A DNA stretch of 64,000 bases. It comes from Nitrospirales bacterium. Lineage in GTDB: Bacteria > Nitrospirota > Nitrospiria > Nitrospirales > UBA8639. Within the stretch, counting starts at the first letter, position 1; each line of letters opens with the position of its first letter. A program made the position numbers and the translations under genes. This document shows positions 57,784 through 64,000 of this stretch, one piece after another. The notes under the pieces were generated by a model. The model was given only the letters and a program-made list of their open reading frames with translations, ran no database searches and was not told where the DNA came from. The stretch covers positions 1 to 64,000 of the forward strand of contig CBDCWC010000002.1 of NCBI GenBank assembly GCA_965223295.1. The letters run 5' to 3'.

Positions 57784-59007
57784 CTACGCGACAAGGGGAG
57801 AGAAATGATTTGCCCAATCAATGGCATCCAGATAAAAATCACGGATAGTCGACGGTTCAAGTCTGAGAGACTTGAGTTCCAACCACTTGCCAGATTCATA
57901 GGCTTTGACAGAAGAAAGCACTAACCCCATATCTCCTGTTCCCTCGACTAAGGCATCCGCAATATCCTCAGGTAATGGAAGTTTTTCAAGAATGTGTTCC
58001 ATGGGTGAGTTGTACAAGGTTTCTAAAACTGAAAGCAGGCCCATTGTGAAATATTTTTCTGGTGCCACGGATCCTAATTTTTCTCCCAACCGTTCGCACA
58101 TTTTAGCTCGTACGAGCGCAATGACTAATATTTCATGAGCTTGAGCCTGACCGCTGGCCATGATGATGAGTGTGGCCCATGTTCGAATACGATCGATGCC
58201 AACCATACAGGCAGCATGGTCAATCGATTCGACTCGTCTGGGAAGCCCGACGTACGCAGAATTGACATATCGCAAGACTTTATAGCTGAGAGAGAGATCG
58301 TTGCGAATATGTTGTACGAGTCCTTTAAACGGAATGTGGGGGTCCTGAATTTTCCCCAGTAACTCTAAGAGAGCCACACGGTTTGCGGGAATCTCTCGCC
58401 CCCGAATCACGTCTGGACGAAAAAAGAAATACCCTTGAAAATAGTAGAACCCTAGCTTTTTGCAAGTCTCATAGTCTTCAACCGTCTCTACTTTTTCAGC
58501 GAGGAGACGGACACGTGACTCTCCTATGTGGGACACTTCTCGTTGCAATTGACTTTCGGTTTTTCCCAAGACATCGATTTTGACAATATCGGCGAACTCT
58601 AGAAATAGGCGCGATCGATCATTAAAGACAAAATCGTCCAGCGCAATGGTATAACCTTGCTGTGAAAGTCCTTCAAGTGTTTCAAGGACCTGGGGAGTGG
58701 GTTCCACATTTTCTAGGATTTCGAGCACGACACGATTTTTAGGAAGTGCCTCACAAAAATGTTCCAAGAGAAATTGCTTGGGAATATTGAGGAATGCTAA
58801 ATGAGATCCCACGACATGTTCCAGCCCAATATCTAAATAAGTGTTGAGAAGAACCGTGGCTGTTGCCACGCTCTCATCCTTATAGATAGCCTGACCGATC
58901 TCGCAATTGCGGTAGAGCACCTCGTACCCAATGGTCTTTAACGTTGGCCCGAGAATGGGCTGACGTCCGACAAACACATCTCCATATTGGGCGAGTGCGT
59001 TTTTCAT
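57784..59007 (-). CDS. EAL-HDOD (YuxH-like) protein
   Basis: RQPI, YEVLYR, ALDDF, LAEKVET, FQGYFF, HDOD LLR/YVNS region. Confidence 0.9.
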   Translation of the reverse strand: MKNALAQYGDVFVGRQPILGPTLKTIGYEVLYRNCEIGQAIYKDESVATATVLLNTYLDIGLEHVVGSHLAFLNIPKQFLLEHFCEALPKNRVVLEILENVEPTPQVLETLEGLSQQGYTIALDDFVFNDRSRLFLEFADIVKIDVLGKTESQLQREVSHIGESRVRLLAEKVETVEDYETCKKLGFYYFQGYFFFRPDVIRGREIPANRVALLELLGKIQDPHIPFKGLVQHIRNDLSLSYKVLRYVNSAYVGLPRRVESIDHAACMVGIDRIRTWATLIIMASGQAQAHEILVIALVRAKMCERLGEKLGSVAPEKYFTMGLLSVLETLYNSPMEHILEKLPLPEDIADALVEGTGDMGLVLSSVKAYESGKWLELKSLRLEPSTIRDFYLDAIDWANHFSPLVA

Positions 59008-59360
59008 GCTTTGTTCAATCGCCTCTCTTTATTGGGCGCAAGGGTCCGTGATGGAAGCGCAGACATACCTGTATCTATTTTCGGCCAACAAAACCAAACA
59101 ATTGAGATTTGCAGAAAAATGACTAAAATGAAGACAAGCGGCTTTAAGCAGGCATGGCCTATTTTTCATCGTTGCTTATTGATTCGTTCCTGCAGCGCGA
59201 GTTTTCGTCGGTCGTACGAGATACGATTGAGAAAAAATTTTCTTGTGCTGTTGATTAGTGCCTGTTGTTGTCGGTTGTACGACATAAGGGAGGATGGGAT
59301 CGCCACGATCGTGAAGAGTAGTGCCTACTAGAGAGAAAGATCTCCTCCAAGGAAGGCAGC

Positions 59361-61193
59361 TTAGGTTTTTTGGCTAACCGAAGATCTGACAAAGATTGCA
59401 GTCAAGTCAGTTGCGGACACAGGTGGGCTAAAGAAGTGTCCTTGGTATTGATCACATTTGAGAGTTGCCAGGATATCTCGTTGTTCCTGCTTCTCGACAC
59501 CTTCAGCGACGACATTTAAATGGAATTCATGAGCGAGATAAATAATTGCGGATACTAAGGCCTTATCTTCAGGATTGTCGGTGATGTCCATCATGAAGGA
59601 ACGGTCGATTTTTAGTTCGTGGAGTGGAAGACTCTTTAAATAGCTCAGTGATGAATATCCTGTACCAAAGTCATCCATAGAGACCTTTATCCCTAAGGCG
59701 ATCAGTTGGTTCAATGTTTCCGTAGTCTGTTCAACGTTTTCCATGATGAGACTCTCAGTGAGTTCTAACGTCAAATATTGTTGGTCGACATGATGAGACA
59801 GTAAGGCGTCTCTCACGGATTGGACAATCGAGCCTCCGTGAAATTGTTTGGCTGAGAGATTCACTGACACACGAATCCAAATTCCCTGTGCTTGCCAAGA
59901 GGATAGTTGGTTGCAGACTTCCCTTAGTGCCCATTCGCCAAGCGGTACAACGATCCCAGTTTCTTCTGCTAATGGAATAAAGTCATTTGGAGAGACTAAC
60001 GTTCCGTCGGGTTGTTGCCATCGAGCCAAGGCTTCGGTCCCAAGGATTTCTCCGGTTGCGACACTGATCTGAGGTTGATAATGCATGATGAGTTGTTTGT
60101 CTTCGATTGCGTGGCGTAAAGCAGCTTCACGTTTGAGATGCTGATGGCTCTTGGCATTCATCTCCCTCGAATAAAATTGATAGCTTCCCTGATCTTGAGA
60201 GGAAACTTGTGCGCTGGCCCCGATAGCACACTGAACCAAGGTCACGACATCTCTCGCGTCACCGGGGAAACTTGCCATGCCAATGCTGGGGAGAATGGAA
60301 ACTTCAGTGCCATCAGCATCGAAGGGAATCGACATCGCTTCAATAATTCGAGAGGCGATCTTCATCGCATGTTCTGGGTGAGCCATATGTGGGCAGACAA
60401 CTGAAAATTCATCTCCACTCACGTGAAACAAGCATGTCAATTGCTGCTCTTCCTGTATGCCTTTCCCGAGAAGGTCCGTTCCCCGGACACAGGCTTGAAT
60501 CCGGTTGGCGATCTGCTTAATAACCTTGTCACCCACTTGTGGCCCAAACGTGTTGTATATGCGTTTAAACTGAGGCAGGCTAATGTGCAACATGACGAGA
60601 TGATCGTTCCGGGACTCGGCCTGTTGGAGAAACCAGGTCAACCGGTCCAGAAATAAACTCCGGTTTGGTAAGTGTGTTAGGGCATCGTAGTAGGCGAGTT
60701 GGTTTTGATATGCTTTTGCTGCAAGCGTATTGCGTACACGGAGTACCAATTCACTTGGGTCAACTGGCTTCGCCAAAAAATCCGTGGCCCCCCGGTCTAG
60801 AGCTTCGAGTTTGGTTTCAGCATCGGAAGAGGACGTGAGCATAATGACGGGTAGATGTTTGAATAACGAATGAGACCGTATCTGGTGCAAGATTTCAAAT
60901 CCGCTGACTTCCGGCATGACCAGATCGAGCAGAAGGATATCTGGACGACAGGTTTCGATCTCTGAAATGGCTTGAGAGGAATGTTCTATCAGAACAAAGC
61001 GTTGATAGCCCGCGTCCTCTAAAAAGGTTTGCATCACCTCCATGGTGGTGACTTCATCATCAACCATCATGATCGTCGCTTGACTGAGTAAGGAGGGATC
61101 ACTTCCCAGTTCCGAAGGCAGTCCTTGCGTGATGGAGGAACGTTCATGATCCAAGGTGCCTGTTGAAGCTTGGACTGGGCTGAATGATTCCAT
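59361..61193 (-). CDS. REC-GGDEF(degenerate)-EAL c-di-GMP phosphodiesterase
   Basis: LLDLVMP, DALTHLPNR, SGDEF, EALARW, DDFGTGYSSL, AEGVE. Confidence 0.92.
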   Translation of the reverse strand: MESFSPVQASTGTLDHERSSITQGLPSELGSDPSLLSQATIMMVDDEVTTMEVMQTFLEDAGYQRFVLIEHSSQAISEIETCRPDILLLDLVMPEVSGFEILHQIRSHSLFKHLPVIMLTSSSDAETKLEALDRGATDFLAKPVDPSELVLRVRNTLAAKAYQNQLAYYDALTHLPNRSLFLDRLTWFLQQAESRNDHLVMLHISLPQFKRIYNTFGPQVGDKVIKQIANRIQACVRGTDLLGKGIQEEQQLTCLFHVSGDEFSVVCPHMAHPEHAMKIASRIIEAMSIPFDADGTEVSILPSIGMASFPGDARDVVTLVQCAIGASAQVSSQDQGSYQFYSREMNAKSHQHLKREAALRHAIEDKQLIMHYQPQISVATGEILGTEALARWQQPDGTLVSPNDFIPLAEETGIVVPLGEWALREVCNQLSSWQAQGIWIRVSVNLSAKQFHGGSIVQSVRDALLSHHVDQQYLTLELTESLIMENVEQTTETLNQLIALGIKVSMDDFGTGYSSLSYLKSLPLHELKIDRSFMMDITDNPEDKALVSAIIYLAHEFHLNVVAEGVEKQEQRDILATLKCDQYQGHFFSPPVSATDLTAIFVRSSVSQKT

Positions 61194-61409
61194 CTGTCTC
61201 TCGTTCTAGTTCAATCGACGTACTGGTTGCTAAAATGAGCGGATTCGACTTTCTTTCCTAAATGCTGCTGGCTATAAAATGCCATAGTGCTGAACTAACC
61301 TATTGACACACTTGGACTATCTCTAAATTTCTCGGCTACTTTGAGAGTAATCCTAAGAGATTCTCAGTACTTTTCTGAAATTTGAAATTTATGAGGGAAG
61401 TGGTGTCGG

Positions 61410-63926
61410 TTAGTTCTGGGGAAATTGTTGGTTGCTGGAGACCAGCGGTTCGTCGATTCTGACACGGGAGGCCAGTGCCTGTATCTGGTCAATGTGCTGC
61501 TTCATGAGGGTGAGATTCTCAGCCTTTGCGGCAGCTTCAAGTTCACTGGCTGGCTCGAAAAAGACATCAAATCCTACCGTTCCTCCCGCTCCCTTCAACC
61601 AATGAGCGAGTTTTGCTGAGGCATCAAAGTCCTGCTCTGAATAAGCCGTTTCCATAGCTTGTAGCTGTGTTTCCAAACGACCGACAAAATTGGAAATAAT
61701 CCGTGCAAATTTGGGATTGGCGGAATCCAATCTGGACACAATAGGGGAATTTCCCGTTTCTAAGCACAGAGATTCTTTGATGGCGTCTTGCAATGGCTGG
61801 TTGGGTTCGATGGGCGTGGCTTGGAGTATCTCGGCCAACTTTGTCAGAAAGTGGTTCAGGTCTATGGGTTTGGTGAGGAAATCACTGTACCCGGCAGAGA
61901 AGAGTTCTGGTTCAAATCCTTTCATGGCGTTAGCGGTTAGCGCGATGATTGGCATTTGGAAACCTTGATCCCGCAGCATTCGAGTCGCTGTTAAACCGTC
62001 TAGTTCAGGCATTTGAATATCCATCAGCACGAGATCGTAATCGGTCCTGGAGACCATTTCTACCGCTATGCGTCCATTGGCGGCTTCCTCAACGGTTAAG
62101 TCATAATCTTCCAACACGACTTTGACGAACTCACGATTTTCCGGCCCATCATCCACGACTAGAATTTTGGCGGGAGGGAAGTCCCAATGTATCGGTGCTT
62201 TATTTGTAGAAAGATTGCTGGCTGTGAGGGCCTGCTCGGGGGATATCCAAGTCATGGCGGCGGGAATGGGCGTCTCCAGGGTTACCTTGAAAGTACTTCC
62301 CATGTTCGGCTGACTCTCCACCGTAATGTCGCCACCTAAGGCGCGGGCAAATTTCCGGCTAATGGTTAATCCGAGTCCGGTGCCCCCAAATTTTCGCGTG
62401 ATAGAAGCATCAGCTTGTGTGAAGTCCTCAAAAATACGTTCCATAGCTTCAGAGCTCATGCCCACTCCAGTATCGGAGACATCAATATGAAACCGCAGCG
62501 TGTGATCATTGATCGGTTGGGCATAGGCCTTCACGGTAATCCCGCCCTCCTCCGTGAATTTCACCGCGTTCCCCACAAGGTTCGTGATGATTTGCCGTGT
62601 GCGTCCCGGGTCGCCAATGATGGATGACGGCACATCATCCTGGAGTTGAAGATCCAAGCCGATCCCTTTGTCTTTGGCCTGAACACCAAGAACCTGCACG
62701 ACTTCGAGAATGATGGTATAGGGGGTAAACTCGACCTGCTCGATCTCCAGCCGGCCGGACTCGATTTTGGAAAGATCCAAGATATCGTTAATGAGTTCTA
62801 ATAAATGTTTTCCACTGGAATGGATAATTTCCAGATGATGCCGGGTTTCTTCCGAGTCCCGTCCGAATCCACGCTTGAGGAGTTCCGTGAAACCTAGGAT
62901 GGCATTCATGGGTGTTCGGATTTCATGGCTCATGTTGGCTAAGAACGCGCTCTTGGCTTGGTTAGCCGCTTCGGCGGCTTCTTTGGACTTCAGTAACTCA
63001 ATTTCAGCTTCTTCTAACTGGGTCACATCATCAAAACTGGCGAGGACTCCAACGTATCTTCCCCCGCTGCCGAGGATGGGGGAGCAGTTGATCATAAACG
63101 TCATGCGTTCGTCGTCGGATAACGTGAGGCGCACTCGCTGATTTATTTGCGCCTTACCTGATTCCAAGGCTATATGCCACGGGTGTTGCATGGCGTCGAG
63201 AGATTGTCCATGGGCATCTGCCCAGGGGAACTCCAGGACTTGCCGTCCCAGTAATGCCTCAGGTGTTGTGTGGAGTAAGGTCGCAAAAGCCCGGTTGGCC
63301 AACATAATCTGTTCCTTGTTGTCCAAGACCAACAGGCCTTCGGCCATAGTGTCCAGCGCGGACCGTACTCGCTCGGGAACGGCTTGAGAGGGATCAAGCT
63401 GCTTCAACATTTTGCCCAGATAAAAGTAAAACCCAAAGAAGCATGCTACTGCCACGTAGGTTAAGACCAACAGGTAAGAACCCGCAATCATGTCAACCAA
63501 ACCATTGCTGCCGATTGCATTGAATCGTAATTCCACTTGGCCCCATTGGGTTTCGCCTTCCCAAATTGGGACGGCAACTTGAGAGAGGGTGGAGGAGTCT
63601 CCAGCGGCATGATTGATATTCCAGTAGTCCTCGTGCTTGCCAATCGTCACGAGGAGGTCTCCAGATTCAGTGCGCAAGGCTGCAGAGAGCAGGTCCTCGT
63701 TGCGGTCGACCACGAGCTGTAAAGTCCCTTCGAGTCGGTCAAGATCTCTTTGCGTTAGAAAAATTGAAGTGTTGGCGGCAATGGATTCCGCCAATGCCGT
63801 TCGTCCCTCACGCACCGCTGCCGTTCGGTCTGGGATAAAACCTAAGAAGCTGGCTGTCAGCAGAACGCTGATGACCAGGCAGACTTGGCCAATGGCTAAT
63901 CGAGACTTTGTTGAAAGAATATTCAT
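61410..63926 (-). CDS. Membrane hybrid kinase PAS-HisKA-HATPase-REC-HPt
   Basis: Two TM segments, [31 protein letters not shown]; frame stays open to the window end, so the start is uncertain. Confidence 0.92.
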   Translation of the reverse strand: MNILSTKSRLAIGQVCLVISVLLTASFLGFIPDRTAAVREGRTALAESIAANTSIFLTQRDLDRLEGTLQLVVDRNEDLLSAALRTESGDLLVTIGKHEDYWNINHAAGDSSTLSQVAVPIWEGETQWGQVELRFNAIGSNGLVDMIAGSYLLVLTYVAVACFFGFYFYLGKMLKQLDPSQAVPERVRSALDTMAEGLLVLDNKEQIMLANRAFATLLHTTPEALLGRQVLEFPWADAHGQSLDAMQHPWHIALESGKAQINQRVRLTLSDDERMTFMINCSPILGSGGRYVGVLASFDDVTQLEEAEIELLKSKEAAEAANQAKSAFLANMSHEIRTPMNAILGFTELLKRGFGRDSEETRHHLEIIHSSGKHLLELINDILDLSKIESGRLEIEQVEFTPYTIILEVVQVLGVQAKDKGIGLDLQLQDDVPSSIIGDPGRTRQIITNLVGNAVKFTEEGGITVKAYAQPINDHTLRFHIDVSDTGVGMSSEAMERIFEDFTQADASITRKFGGTGLGLTISRKFARALGGDITVESQPNMGSTFKVTLETPIPAAMTWISPEQALTASNLSTNKAPIHWDFPPAKILVVDDGPENREFVKVVLEDYDLTVEEAANGRIAVEMVSRTDYDLVLMDIQMPELDGLTATRMLRDQGFQMPIIALTANAMKGFEPELFSAGYSDFLTKPIDLNHFLTKLAEILQATPIEPNQPLQDAIKESLCLETGNSPIVSRLDSANPKFARIISNFVGRLETQLQAMETAYSEQDFDASAKLAHWLKGAGGTVGFDVFFEPASELEAAAKAENLTLMKQHIDQIQALASRVRIDEPLVSSNQQFPQN

Positions 63927-64000
63927 CGTCAGTGTTGCCGAGGTCAGCGGGACTGTCGTGGTAAACCAGTCTTCCTTTCTGGAGGTTCGGGAGTGGCAGC

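Noticed and set aside
63927-64000. 3' end of an upstream gene
   Set aside because: Frame cannot be assigned; the kinase frame is itself open to the window edge

Overview
A 64 kb chromosomal window of about 48% GC (estimated by eye) with no rRNA, tRNA or CRISPR array. Gene content suggests a Nitrospirota-like chemolithoautotroph, which is an inference from the type-E SdhA/SdhB/SdhE(HdrB-like) cluster beside citrate synthase, the multiple beta-carbonic anhydrases and the dense small repeats. The first ~47 kb is an accessory and stress patchwork. It holds arsenic genes (arsM-sigZ; arsR-arsC-acr3), NO/redox proteins (nitrobindin, lipoprotein truncated globin, CDGSH-FMN protein) and SnoaL/dioxygenase genes. 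It also holds a bestrophin-carbonic anhydrase pair cleanly interrupted by an IS3 (IS407-group) element, a TIR-DUF2130 pair and an uncharacterised desaturase-GH3-enolase-superfamily operon. The right end carries TCA genes, lipA and c-di-GMP/two-component genes. Several families of short non-autonomous repeats (MITE/REP-like) occur, including one MITE nested in another with a visible target duplication. The most novel-looking items are the GH3 operon, a secreted Trp-rich three-repeat protein, the bestrophin/CA module with an orphan CA 3' duplicate, and the modular MITE system. All product calls come from motif recognition by eye; no database searches were run.
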